From Octopus vulgaris (lineage: Eukaryota), in assembly GCA_951406725.2 (NCBI GenBank), contig OX597832.1:35154001-35218000 (forward strand): a stretch of DNA of 64,000 nucleotides, written 5' to 3'. The notes below the pieces were generated by a model. That model ran no database searches, was not told where the DNA came from, and saw only the letters and a list, made by a program, of their open reading frames with translations. The translations under genes were made by a program, and so were the position numbers. Positions 1 to 12,324 of the stretch are shown here, in pieces; position 1 is the first letter of the stretch, and every line of letters starts with the position of its first letter.

Positions 1-130
1 TATATATATGTATATACATATCTGTATGTAAGTAAATATATATGTATATACATATCTGTAATGTATGTAAATATATATGTACATATATATACATACACAC
101 ACACACACATATATACATACATATATATAC
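1..130. repeat. (TA)n/(CA)n/(TACA)n microsatellite
   Basis: Directly visible simple repeats abutting the Penelope-like element. Confidence 0.95.
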
Positions 131-2810
131 ATGTCGGTTATGGACCTATCAGGTAGGATAGAACCAATAGACTGGAACTCAACATTGAAGGATATACCTA
201 TTCCCAGTAAGAGAGAATACACAATAAATTTAATAGATCAGATTAAGAATTTTTTAAAGAGAATAAAATGGAAGGCCTACTTCCATGATAACAATAATTA
301 TAAAACCAGGAATTTAGAAGATAAAAATTACTTTAAAACTAGGCAGAAAACCCAAAATAATAGGGCTTCACGGGATTTTGAGGATAAAATATGGAACATG
401 GTTAAAAATATCAAATTCAAAAAATACCCTAATGGACATAATGAGCACCTAAGAAACTTAGCTAATAAAATAAATAAACTGAAGAACATGGAGGGAATAA
501 TAGTCCAATCCGATAAAACAAGGAACCTATATAGACTAGATATACAGCTATATGATAACATTCTAGAAAAAGAAATAACAAAAAAATACAAAATAGTGAA
601 AGTTTATTAAATAAGATTAGAAATATATCTAAAAAAATCACGACGAAATATGATTTAGAAAATAGAACTGAACCCTATGTTCCTATGCATCCCAGAATAA
701 CCATTAAGGACCATAAAAACAATTTTTATTCAAAGCCACAAGGAAGACTGATATGCCCATGTAAATCTGATATAGGAAAACTCATTAAACTTATATTAGA
801 TAAATATATAGATAAACTTAATATGTTAAATAACCTTAAACTCTGGAGTTGTATCCAAAATATTAAAGATAAAAGTAGGTGCAAGTCCATCCAAATAGAT
901 ATAGAAAATTACCATTCATCTATTAACAAGATTATTTTTAATAAGACCCTTATATATGCTATGAGAAAGGTTAAGATGACATACGATGAAGTTAATGTAG
1001 TACCAATGGCGAGGAAATCCCTAATTAGGTATAAAAATAAACTATGGGCTAGGAAGGACCCAAGAGATTGCTTTGATATACTCATGGGTGCCCCAGACTC
1101 TGCACAAATAACAGATATAGTAGAAAAATATCTATAAACTGAACTTGGGTTAGAACATCTTAACATAGGAGGTCTTATTAGGGCTGACCTACTCTTTATA
1201 ACTAAAACCTGCACTAATAGATCATTAGAAAATATAAAGAAAAACCTAAATAAAATTATGGTTTAGATATAGTTATAGAGAAAGAGCATTCTGTGGTTAA
1301 CTACATAGATGCAAACCTAAACTTAGTAACTAATTAAACCCAATCATTCCATAAATTAAACAAGAACCTTAAGTACATTAATGCCCATAGCAACCATTGT
1401 AGCTCAGTCAAAAAAGCACTAATAGAAAATATAGGTAAAAGAATTTTTATGTTATCCTTGGATATAGATACTTTCAATAAACATGCCACTTACTATAATA
1501 GTGCATTAAAAGAAGCAGGATATAATACGAAAATTAACCCAATAATAATACTAGTAATCATCCTAACACTCAAACCAACTATAGAAGTAATAGCAAAGCT
1601 AATAAACAATATAAGGAAATAAATAATTATAATAATAGTAATATTAATTATAATAATAAACATAAGGAAATTATATAGTTAATCATCCCTTATGGGGTCC
1701 AAATCAAAACTAAATTAAAGAAATTCTGAACATAATAAAAACATCCTTTAAAAAGAACAAAACGTACTCAAAAATATTCTCAAACAAAACTGTCAGAGTG
1801 GGCTATTCTACAAGAAATGTTAGTAATATTGTATCCTCAATAAACAATGTCAAATTAAACAAATTCTATAATAAAAATTTAACTAATATTAACAATAGCT
1901 ATGGAAGAAATATAACAAACAAAAAACATAACCATATTTTAGATAAATGCACATGTAAAGAAAAATCCAAATGTAGGCTTAATAATAATTGCAACATAGA
2001 TAATGTAATTTATAAATGTAGAGTAACCTCTAATAATAAGAAAGAATATATAGGATCCACAGCGAATGAAATTAAAAGAATACCCCAGCATTATCAGTCC
2101 TTCAAAAATCCCAAATTAATAAAGTAAATACATATGGGAGTTGAAATCCGATAAAATAGAATATACCCTTAATTGGAATATCATTAGTAGAGCGAAGTCA
2201 TATAGAATAGGTAATAAAATGTGTGTATTATGCACAACAGAGTTTATGAAACTACTCCAGTCGAGACAGGTATTACTGAACAGTATTGAAGAGAGAGGAA
2301 TAAAATGCTGACATAAGAATAACTTTACGGACAATAAAAGGAAAAATAAAATTATACGCCCCACCCCCGAGTATGTAATCTCTTAAACAATTATGAGGAA
2401 GATAGTTAAATGCAGTTATAATAGAATTATATAGCAGTATTAGATACAGATATACCAGGAACCAAGAATATATTAAAGAATATTACCTTAAAAGGAATAG
2501 ACAGGCCACTTTTAATCTAACATAAATCTCTAAATCTTAAACACTACAAAAAAATCCAGTTACAGCTAGATTTAAGAGTATCTAGTTATTATCTCCCCTT
2601 GAATTCAACCTCTCTAATATTATTAGTCTTAGAGAATTTTTCAGAGTATTATATGTATGTCATTCCCATAATACTTAGCGCACAACAGAGGGAGCAGCCA
2701 TTTGCACAGGAACGAAGAGGAAACATTTTGTATTCTTCTTTTGTTAGTTTTGTTTACTAGATTCTTTTACTAGTTTTATTCAATAAATTTACAACTTATA
2801 TAGAGGTTTT
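131..2810 (+). mobile_element. Penelope-like retroelement (RT plus C-terminal GIY-YIG endonuclease), degraded
   Basis: ORF pieces read IPIPSKREY..KRIKWKAYF, PRITIKDHKNNF..GRLICPCKSDIGK, IDIENYHSSI and FDILMGAPDSAQITD (PLE RT motifs). They are followed by CTCKEKSKCRLNNNC-NVIYKC..KEYIGST (Cys linker plus GIY-YIG) and YIWELK..NWNII..CVLCTTE. Multiple stops and frameshifts. Confidence 0.88.
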
Positions 2811-3083
2811 TTATTAAATAATCTTTTTTAAATACTATTAACTTATGTTTGACATAAAAATGGTAATTCATACTTGTATAAATCTCATTAACAGGTGAGA
2901 CAAAGGTGTAACAGACTGAGAATTAATATGTATTTCTCAATTTCACATATTTATAATAAAATGAAAATGAATATACAAAATTATGTAGTTATGACATATT
3001 TCTGTCATGAAACTGTCCAAAGCACCCTTTACACAAGGGCATTTTGCAAAAGGAACACATATACAAAGTCTCTATCTGATACC

Positions 3084-3350
3084 CTTTGCCTCCATGAGGC
3101 CCACGCTCAAAAGGAACTCATTGACTTAGCCTCCGCGAGGCTCAATACTTGAAAGGATCTCAGTCACTTTGCCCCCGTGAGACTCAATGCTCAAAAGGAA
3201 CTCAGCCACTTTGCCTCTGTGAGGCCCAATGCTCAAACGGTGCTCTTTATGTGCCACTGGCATGAGTGCCAGTTATGTGACACCAACATCAGCCATGACT
3301 GATTTCACTTGGCTTGACAGGTCTTCTCAAGCACAACATATTGCCAAAGG
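3084..3350 (-). repeat. ~42-bp tandem repeat (4 units) in an RTE 3'-UTR-like fragment
   Basis: Units such as tttgcctccatgaggcccacgctcaaaaggaactca; similar to the RTE 3' regions at ~29870 and ~31770. Confidence 0.65.
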
Positions 3351-3745
3351 TCTCGATAATTATAATTAGAAAGGTTACCAGGTTCACAGGCACTTTGCCC
3401 CTTTCACTTCTAATCTGAGCCATAAAAATTCCACACTAACATATTTTATCAATGTACAACATATGTAGCTACAGGTATATCCATAATATTGATACAATTA
3501 TTTCTATTTCCAGTTGGTTAATCAAAAGTTAGTGGGTTGGTAGTGGTGGTGTTGATTATACTGATTTTCATGCTGATGGTGGTTCTTGTTAATTGCACTG
3601 CTGTTGCTGTTTAGTTTCAAGTAAATCCTTATGAACCTAAGATTGAAGACTTCCATTCAATATTATCTCATGTGATTGATTTTTTAAAATTTCAAATGAA
3701 GTTGCTGGATTGCAATGGCAGGGGTCATGTTGGCGTTGAAGGCTG

Positions 3746-3776
<31 letters not shown>

Positions 3777-4095
3777 CACACACAAATTTATGCTGACTAT
3801 ACATGGAACTGGTGGAGGAACATTAAGCTAAACAAACTAATTCATTTTATATTATTTATTATATTTTGCTTTTTCCCTTCCCTTTTCTACTGCTTTGCAG
3901 CTCTTAAAATAAACTAAAATATTTCCTTTGGTCCTCAATACCAACAGGTACATTCTCTGTTGATCTAGCTATCTACCCCACCTTCTCTTTCTTTATGTGG
4001 TCAAATAATTGAAATCTCTATTTTGAAGCAACAAGCAAATAACTCCAAGTTCCTGCCAAATACACCTTCTCTCCCTCCCTCTGTGAATACATATA

Positions 4096-5771
4096 AACCC
4101 AGAACCACGCTAATAACTTAGGAGTGAAATTTAGGATTTCTTTGTTTTCTGTAAATCAGTTTTGATAAAACTTTTCCCAGCTGGTTTACATACTATGGCA
4201 ACACCATTGTTATGTTTTCATTATTCTGTCTAAAGTCCTTTTTTTTTTTTTATTTCATTTCAAATTCTTCAGTTTTGGGGTGAACCATGCTAATAGCTTT
4301 TGAATGAAAAGTAGCCCATCTAGAAATTTTTTTTCAGAAAATGAAGGGTAATGATACATATTAAGCATCAAGTGTTTTTTTTAACAGAATAATATTATAA
4401 CATTCTGTTTTCGGATTTGGTTTGCAAGATTCTTTATGTGAGTTCGTGTGTTGAAGTATATTCTGTTGTGTCTGGGGAGAATCATTTTCTTTTTTTGCCT
4501 TATAATTTAACACACTCACTGGTAAAATTTCCACTTATTTTTGTCTTCCTAAAATTTTCGTTGCATCTTGCAACCTTTTCAATAGTCAAGACTATTGAAA
4601 AGTTTGCAAGACACAACGAAAATTTTAGGAAAATAAGAAATAAATGGAAATTTTACCGGTGAGTGTGTTACATTATAAGGCACAAAAAGAAAATGATTCT
4701 CCCCAGACACAACAGAATATTATAACATTTATTGACATAATGAATTATTTAGCTACATGAGTGCCAAGAAAGAAACGATCCAATGGTGGGACTGCCAAGA
4801 CTGTGACAGCTAGGAATTGAAGGAATATTGGCCACAAGTTATGTGGGAAACCTGGACAAACAAGCAAAGCCATTTTCACCACCTCCGAGCTTCCTCATGT
4901 ACCAAAAACCACCAGAAATCACGTCCTCAGAACCCCTGAAACTGCCTCCTCACAGGAGTTTGAGGTTTCAATGGGCCCAAAAGTACATTAGACATGAGTT
5001 GTATTCTGTTCACTGACGAAAGCAGGGCAACCCTTGACGAACCTGATGGTTGGGTCTATTTTGGAGATGAGTGTCACCAATGTTTACAATGTCAACAACA
5101 GAGTGGAGGAGTCATGTTGTGAGCTGGTATCATAAGGAACAGACATGTTGGCCCAGTCAGGGTGCTTGAAGAGATTAAAGTGTCTGCAGCCACCTATTGC
5201 AATCTCCTGAAGGTCTTGGATCCCTGGTTAGATGACATATTGCAGATCTTGACCCTACTGAAAATCTTTGGTTCATCATTAAGCAAGATGTTTATGCCGA
5301 TGGACATCAATTTACATCAAAAGATGTCCTATGGGCAACCATCAAAGCTGCAGCTGAGGCAGTCCAACCTGCCACTGTTAATGAATTGACAGATTCCATG
5401 ACTAATAGGTTTTTTGAAGTTATCTGTCGAAATGGCGCTCATGTGGCTAAACAATTCATTATGTCAATAAATGTTATAATATTATTATGGTTTTCTGTTA
5501 AAAATAGACTCAATGTATACTTAATATGTATCATTACTCTTCATTTTCTGAAAAAAAAAAAAAAAATGTCTAGATGGGCTATTTTCATTCAAAAGCTATT
5601 GGCGTGGTTCACTCCAAAACTGGAGAATCTGAAATAAAAAAGAAAGGATGTTACACAGAATAATGAAAACATAACAATGGTGCTGCCAGTGTGCAACCCA
5701 TCTGGGAAGTTTTATCAAAATTGATTCACAGAAAACCGAAAAATCCTAAGTTATTAGCGTGGTTCTGGGTG
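4096..5771 (+). mobile_element. Tc1-family DNA transposon with ~300-bp TIRs and decayed transposase
   Basis: acccagaaccacgctaataacttagg (4097) is inverted at cctaagttattagcgtggttctgggtg (5771), with TA flanks. Internal remnants VLFTDESRATLDEPDGW, QQQSGGVM and DLDPTENLW. Confidence 0.85.
4458..4720. repeat. ~260-bp near-perfect palindrome inserted in the Tc1 element
   Basis: atattctgttgtgtctgggg...aatagtc-aa-gactatt...ccccagacacaacagaatat; aatattataacatt is duplicated at 4391-4404 and 4716-4729. Confidence 0.85.
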
Positions 5772-5869
5772 TAGGTATTTCAGATATGGATAACAAATAT
5801 TTCATTTCTCTCTTGAAAGACAAATTTATTTCAAGTTTAGATTGGTAAACATTGTGGTAGGACATTTTG

Positions 5870-7630
5870 TCGATATGTGAACCCGCATGTAAGCCCAACA
5901 GAGGGAATAGCTATCCTAGTGGACAGCAGTATGGTAGATAAGGCAATTAAAAATATGAAAATCAGGAAAACCCCTAATCCATCTGGAATCATGGCTGAGA
6001 TGCTCAAAATATCTGTTAAAGTAGGATACAGGCTAGTCACCTGCATAAATAATCAGATCATTCAGGAAGATTTAATACTCAGTGACTGGAGTAGCAGCAT
6101 AATTGTTTGCTGCTACACGGTTTAAGGATGATGTTTTAGATAGAGGCATCAAACTCCTGGACCAGGTGATGAAAATTATGGAGAGAGTTATAGCCCAATT
6201 AATTAGGAGCAGAATTAGGTTAAACAAAATGCAGTATGGCTTCGGCTGGGAAAGAAGCGCTACTGGCACTATTTTCATAGTCAGGCAAATTGCACGAGAG
6301 GTGCTTAGCTAAGAATAAACCATTATACTTGGCATTTGCTGATCTAGAGAAAGTCCCCCGCTGTGTGATTTGGTGGGCTCTGTGGAGGTTAGGGATAAAT
6401 GAATGGCTGGTGAAAACTATACAGGCCATGTACAGAAATGCTGTCAGTAAGGTGAGAGTTAATCACAAGTACAGCAAAGAATTTGGTGTACAGGTAGGTG
6501 TTCATCAAGGTTCAGTCCTTAGTTCATTGTCCTCCAGACTATAACAGAGGAATTCAAGACTAGCAGCTCCTGGGAACTACTATATGCTGATGATCTTGCC
6601 CTCATAGCAGATTCTATATCAGAGCTAGAAGAGAAATTCCAGGTGCAGATGCAAAACCTGGAATCTAAGGGCCTTGATGTTAACTTAGCAAAGACTAAGG
6701 ACATACTAAGCAAGAAAACAGACAGGACCCTACCCACTTCAGATAAGTGGCCCTTTCAATCTGAAGTAAAGGTGTAGGTAGGAACTCCAAATGGTGTGCA
6801 CAGTGTAACCTATGGACACAAGAAAATTATCTGAGAAAGTAGTGTTCATATGTGGAAGATGCACAAGATCCATAAAAACTCTTTGAGTGAAAAGAAGATT
6901 GTATGATGCATGTATATGGACAGCAATTCTACATGGTAGTGTGATATGGGCTCTGAATGCAGAGGAACATGCAAAGGTTAGAAAGGAATGAGGCTTGTGT
7001 TCTCCACTGGATGTGTAATGTTAGTGCACATGTTCAACAGAGTGTTAGTGTATTGAGAGAGGTTAGGCATAAGAGGAATTAGATGCTGTGAAGCAAGAGA
7101 GAAGACTGTGCTGGTTTGCTGATGTGATGCAGATTGGATGCCGATAGCTCCATAAAGAAGTGCTGCTCTCTCAAAGTAGAGGGAACATGGAAGTGAGGGA
7201 TCTTGGAAGACATGGAACAAAGTACTGAAGAATGACCATAGAACACTGAAACTTTCAGGTGAAATGACAAAGGACTGAGATACCTGGTGCATTGCTATAC
7301 TCAAGAAGACAAGTGCAGAAGTATCAAGGCTGGTCCCCCTGCAAGAGTCCTGTGCTGGTGCTATGAAGATGCACCAGTGTGGTGTCACATAAAAGCATAT
7401 GTGCGGTGCCATGCAAAAGCACCCATGCAGTAACACATAAAAGCACCTCTGTTGTGCCGTGTAAAAGCACCCAGTGCACTCTGTAAAGTGGTTGGTGTTA
7501 GGAAGGGCATCCAGCTGTAGAAACCATGCCAAATCAGAGTGGAGCCTGATGCAGCTCTTCGGCTTTCCAGCTCTGGTCAAACTGTTCCAACCCCTGCCAG
7601 CATGGACAACAGACTTTAAATGATGATGAT
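5870..7630 (+). mobile_element. RTE-clade LINE, 5'-truncated and degraded
   Basis: RT motifs QYGF..SATGTIF, LAFADLEK, VGVHQGSVLS and LLYADDL; 3' UTR with ~21-bp aaagcacc repeats and a (TGA)n tail. Confidence 0.9.
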
Positions 7631-7899
7631 ACACACTGGAATATCTTAAGTTGAACTGAACAGCAGGTTTTCACAGGAGCCCCCAGTTTTGCATGTGCTT
7701 TAGTTCTTACTAACTCCTTTGTATGCCCCACCCAAGTCATAACTCCTGGATACCTCTCTGCTCCTACATTCTATGCTGTCTGAATTGCAACTTTCCTGGG
7801 TGGTTAAGGAGGTCCAGAGCCAAAGTAACCAGCTCAGTCTGAGATGCCAGTTGACTGTGGGGTAAATAAGGCTTTTTGAAATTCACTTCAAGTCCTCCT

Positions 7900-8800
7900 T
7901 GACCAAATCCAATTGGGACTCTTTCTCCCAGAAATTGATAGCTGTTTCATGAGATCATAGGCAAATTTGCCCCCAAACTCTCTTGCTCCCACTCCTCCTA
8001 TGCCAAGGACATTGAGGCTAGATTCTTTCAAGCTGATAACTAAACTCCCATATTTTTCAGTCTTGTAGAGTTGAACTGCCTTCATTCTTTCACATGGCAG
8101 AGTGAATTAAATCAGCATCAATTTGATGAAAGTGAATAGAGTACAATATCCAGTCTCATATCACTCTTATTGATTTTTCCATTCTGGAAGATTTGCTCTG
8201 CCCTCCCAAGTCCTTCCATCCATATAATAGATCCTGCTTCCATGATTCAATTGATACAGCTGTTCTAGGCTACCATTTTTATCCCCTGAAGTGTAAATAC
8301 TAGTGGAGCTTCTGATAGTATTGTCTTTCCTCTCACAGCACAAATCACACACAAGATCTTTTTAAGTACTTGGTTGTGTCTTTTATGTGTACCACCTTTG
8401 GACTAATGTGACTTCACATGAACTGCACAGTTTACCTTTGCAGAATGGCATGTTGGGTTATCTAGGTTTCCTCACCTCAATGGGTTTGTATGAAAGCAGG
8501 AGGTCAAATACAGAACTGAGGACGAAGCTCACTCGAACAGCTACTGTTTATTCATGTTAAGACTTATTTGGCACACTCTCTCCTTGCTGGACTACCTTAT
8601 GGATTCTCTTGGTGGCCTCTTCTCCCATCACTTACTGAATAACCCTCCTTTGACTTCCCTTTTGTCTTCGAGCCTAGTCCCTGCCTATTGGTCTGAGTGT
8701 CCCATTATTTCGCTTATCTTGAGATTAATTTTTGCTGCATTCACTGCCTCCCGAACTTTCTATTTTCTGTCAGTTCTCAGCTTGGGTTGAAATGATCTTA
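7900..8800 (-). mobile_element. RLE-type non-LTR retrotransposon remnant (HERO/NeSL-like)
   Basis: Minus strand reads FVLSSVFDLL, a decayed CCHC region followed by RHNQVL, and RLDIVLYS...FTLPCE...KTEKY (restriction-like endonuclease PD..E..K pattern). Confidence 0.65.
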
Positions 8801-9047
8801 CGACCTTATTTTCAGAATATCTAAGCACACACAAGATGTAGATAGATAGGTGGATACTCATTGCGATCCAAGAAAATATACACAAACACAAATATTCAGA
8901 GAAAACTTCCACCTCACACTCCTTAAGTGTTTATAGTGATGCACACACACACACTTGCATACATGCCTTACCAACAACAACACACAAACATATTATGTGT
9001 GTGTATCGTGATTATAGTTTTTCAAACTGTGAACTACAAATTTGATC

Positions 9048-9806
9048 GGTCAAACTAAAGCGTTTGACCCAGTTATAAAAACAAACAAAACAAAATAGTG
9101 TAATAGGTGTAAAACAACTTCCTCTAAACGAATATGACAAAAAAAAATGCGCGCTCGTGAAAGGGGGTGGGGGAGAGGACTCGGAAAATTCACATATTCA
9201 GTCCATGGCCTTTAGACTATAGTGTTTGACCCGGGCCGGAAAAAAATTTTTTAAATAGTGCAATTGGTGTAAAAACTACTTGTTCTAAACGATTGTCAAT
9301 AAGCAAGAAAGATAGTATCAAATAAAAGGCTACAGCACCATCTTTAGTGTCTGTTGTTATTATTATTGAGTTGAATGTGTGTGTGGTGAAGTTATTAATA
9401 TCAATACATTAACCAACACCATTGAAGTGAAATAACAGTTTCTATACTTTTGGTTTGGCACTGCTGAATTGAGTCAAAGACTATATAATACAAGTCAGCA
9501 GAAAAAAAAAGAAGAAAAATGCGATATCCATAACAGTAAAGAAATAAGACCTTCCCCAAACAGTAACCCTTGTGTTTAAAATCTCCCTAACAAAAAGGGA
9601 GGTTGTTTGGCTAAGGACCACACTGATCTTTCCATGTTGTGGTTTAGCCACTATTTTTTTTTTTTTGTGTGCCAGGGTCAGACGCTTTCGGAACATTCAC
9701 GATGTGAATTTTCCGAGTCCTCTCCCCCACCCTCCTTTCGCGAGTGCGCATTTTTTTTTTCTTGGTCATATTCGTTTTACACCTATTACACTATTTTAGT
9801 TTGACC
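9048..9806. mobile_element. Non-autonomous TIR element (GG...CC ends, 8-bp TSD; Merlin-like)
   Basis: Termini ggtcaaactaaa / tttagtttgacc; ~160-210-bp imperfect inverted arms; TSD atttgatc at 9040-9047 and 9807-9814. Confidence 0.8.
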
Positions 9807-9980
9807 ATTTGATCTTGGTTAAAACGCCGAGAAGCGGCCTCTTAGATAAAAACACAGTGTAGTTTTTGAATTCTCAAAATTTATCGTTTCCTTAACGGAA
9901 TAATAAAGCATATTTCCAAATTAGTGGTCATATATTACAATTCCAGTAGGCGCTGAAATCACGTACCCTGAGATGACTGT

Positions 9981-10553
9981 ATGGCGGAAATGCTTGTGAA
10001 ACAAAATCAGGGAAAGGTAGAGCTTAATGAAAACAGGCAGATGTTGTCTTCGATGAGAAATGTGGTGACGACTGCCAATGGACAGGGTTTGAAATGGGGC
10101 AGAAAGATGAAATTAGGTGGAAAAAAACATCCAAATCCAATTACAAACTTACCAAATGAGTTTAGAAAAAGTCGGAAATAACATTTAGTTGGGTCAAATC
10201 AGAAATGAAACGAAACTAGAAATTTTTCTGGAAATGATTTGAAAGACGAAAGTCATAATTCAACAATAGAGGAAATAGAAACCTGAATCCAATAATGTCT
10301 TGTGGATAATCTTACCTTTCGTTCTCTGTGATAATCTCGACGGGAAAAATCCTTACTGCGATAGAAATCTTTTTGAATGTCATCAGAGCTGGATGAATAC
10401 CGAGAGAAGTTGGAGCAGCTTTCGATATCTCCGTCCATCTTAACGAGAAAGACAAAATGGAGGCGGATGACTAATTGAAGCGGAGTCGACAGCAATCATT
10501 GTAGCGTACAAAATTACTCAATATATTTCCATGAATTGCTAAGAAAATAATAT
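9981..10553 (+). CDS. WRAP53: Candidate first coding exon of WRAP53 (acidic N-terminal region), disrupted by many 1-nt indels
   Basis: ATGGCG start. Protein-like acidic segments fall in alternating frames (DVVFDEKCGDDCQ, SGNDLKDESHNSTIEEIE, SELDEYREKLEQLSISPS, NEKDKMEADD), followed by gtaaat at 10554. WRAP53 needs an upstream phase-2 exon and I found no other candidate. There is no continuous ORF as written. Confidence 0.45.
10316..10438 (-). CDS. Candidate first exon of an antisense/divergent gene (41 aa, R/S/D-rich)
   Basis: aagATGg Kozak context; MDGDIESCSNFSRYSSSSDDIQKDFYRSKDFSRRDYHRERK ends in AAG|GTAAGA, phase 0. No downstream exons identified. Confidence 0.3.
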
Positions 10554-11559
10554 GTAAATATATTATTTAGATTAGTTTAAGTTATTTTTCTAGAAATACA
10601 TTAATTTTTTCCAATGTTTTAATACTAATATTATTTTCGTATTTATGAAGAGCGTGTAAACCTGGAAAATGGGACACGAAACGTAAGTAGGAAACTTTTC
10701 GTCAGGTTTCCCCAAATAACTTTTTGGGGTTTTTACTTCTCCTTGTCCATTATAAAATATTATCTTTTCTCTGCTTGTTATTATTATGGTGTTCATTTTT
10801 TAACTGATCTTTGATTGAGTGAATCTTTTCTTACAAATTCTAGTTTCGTAGGTTTCGATTCCTGCAAATTTCTCATTCATTAGCAACGTTTGTTTTGCTG
10901 CTAAAACTTAATCAAAATAGAAATAATCCAATTTGTTCTCAACATTACATATATAAAGTGAAAACTAAGCAAGTGGTGCCAGGGCGGTTTCGGACACTTT
11001 TTTGCAGTTTCGTTCAATTTTATTTTTGTTAAAAACAAATTTTTACAATAATTTCCTATTTCCAGTCGGAGAGGCTGAGACAAAATGAGGAACTTGGATT
11101 TTTCTTTACTTGTTTGAAAACATTACATTGCAAGCACTGCATCATTATTTTGTCTTTTCGGTCTGCGTGACGGGTACTTTTTTTTTTTAAAGAAATTTTC
11201 CATCAACTTTGACCCGATTGTAACTAAGGTTGCTAATAAAACATCTGGAGAATTTTTGGTGTTTAACAATCAATATTCTTTTCTCTGTTGGATTCCAAGT
11301 CATTTTTTTCCCACGCTAATGTTTAATTTGATAATTTTCAAGTTTCAAAAAATATCTAAAATGGGGTAAAATGAGTAACAACTAATTTCAATAATTTCTT
11401 CTCATTAACTGTACAGTGTGTAAATATATCATAAGAGAACACTCCGACAGATCGTGAAGAAGCCATAAAAAATGTTTTATGTTGAGTTTTTCTTTTATTT
11501 AGTCGTTTTCGTTAATTTCGTATCATTTACCATTTTTCCATGACCCTCTTTCATTTAAA

Positions 11560-11887
11560 TAATAATAATGAAAGGCATAGTTTCGGTTGTAGTAGCACAG
11601 ATTTCGCCTGAAAGGCATGCGAAACTTCGCCTAATGAAATTATTGTATACAGTGCTCAGGTGCACCACAACTTGTCAGAGAATATGCAGTAATGTACAAA
11701 TGTCTGGAAAGCGAACAATGCATGAGTCAGATACATGCTTGTGTGTGTATGGAGGGGAGAAAATCAGGTGTAGTGTTGGCGAATCTCAGGAAGCATGGAA
11801 GTTTTGAAGGATGCAGTGTTCCGACAACTAACAACTGATGCCGGCAGTTTGTTCCATGCTTCAGCAACTCTGAGCATGAAAAAATGT
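11560..11887 (-). mobile_element. CR1-clade LINE 3' end
   Basis: Near-identical to the 3' ends at 44650-44900, 53440-53690 and 61130-61390; (ATT)n tail. Confidence 0.9.
11574..11631. mobile_element. 58-bp GG...CC mini-insertion with 8-bp TSD inside the CR1 tail
   Basis: taatgaaa is duplicated (11566-11573, 11632-11639); ends are ggcatagtttcg / cgaaacttcgcc; absent from the other CR1 copies. Confidence 0.7.
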
Positions 11888-12039
11888 AGATCTTTTATAT
11901 TTTAGACTGCAGCTATGTTGGGGAGGTTACCGGTAATAAAGTCACAATTAATTTATGCTGGCCGGTAATAAAGGCACAGTTAATTTAATGGGATCCGGAC
12001 AAAATCCCCTTTGAATTTTTTCCTGTGGCTTTTTTTACC

Positions 12040-12324
12040 TGTATTCGCTGGGGCACCTTGAAGAATTTTTAGTCAAATGTATCGACTCTAGGATTTATTT
12101 TTAAACCTGGGACTTATTCTATTGGTTTCTTTTGTCGAACTGCTAAGTTACAGGGATGTAAACACATCACACAAACATATATAGATATACGACAGGCTTC
12201 TTTCAGTTTCCGTCTACTAAATCCACTCAAGGCTTTGGTCGGCTTGAGGCCGTAGCAGAAGACGCCCAAAGTGTCAATCTGTGGGATTGACCCTGGGTCT
12301 ATGTGGTTGGGAAGCAAGCTTCTT
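12040..12324 (-). mobile_element. tRNA-derived SINE, split by the insertion at 12325-14013 (resumes ~14014-14050)
   Basis: Minus-strand B-box-like gggtcaatccc; the sequence continues after the insertion as cttcttaccacacagccatgc. Confidence 0.65.

Noticed and set aside
3379-3414. Possible 36-nt minus-strand exon (IRSERGKVPVNL) for the antisense gene
   Set aside because: Weak acceptor, no homology support, and expected by chance.
4590-4635. TTGAAAA..stem..GAAA attt TA as a U3-A8 hammerhead variant
   Set aside because: No stem I complementarity.
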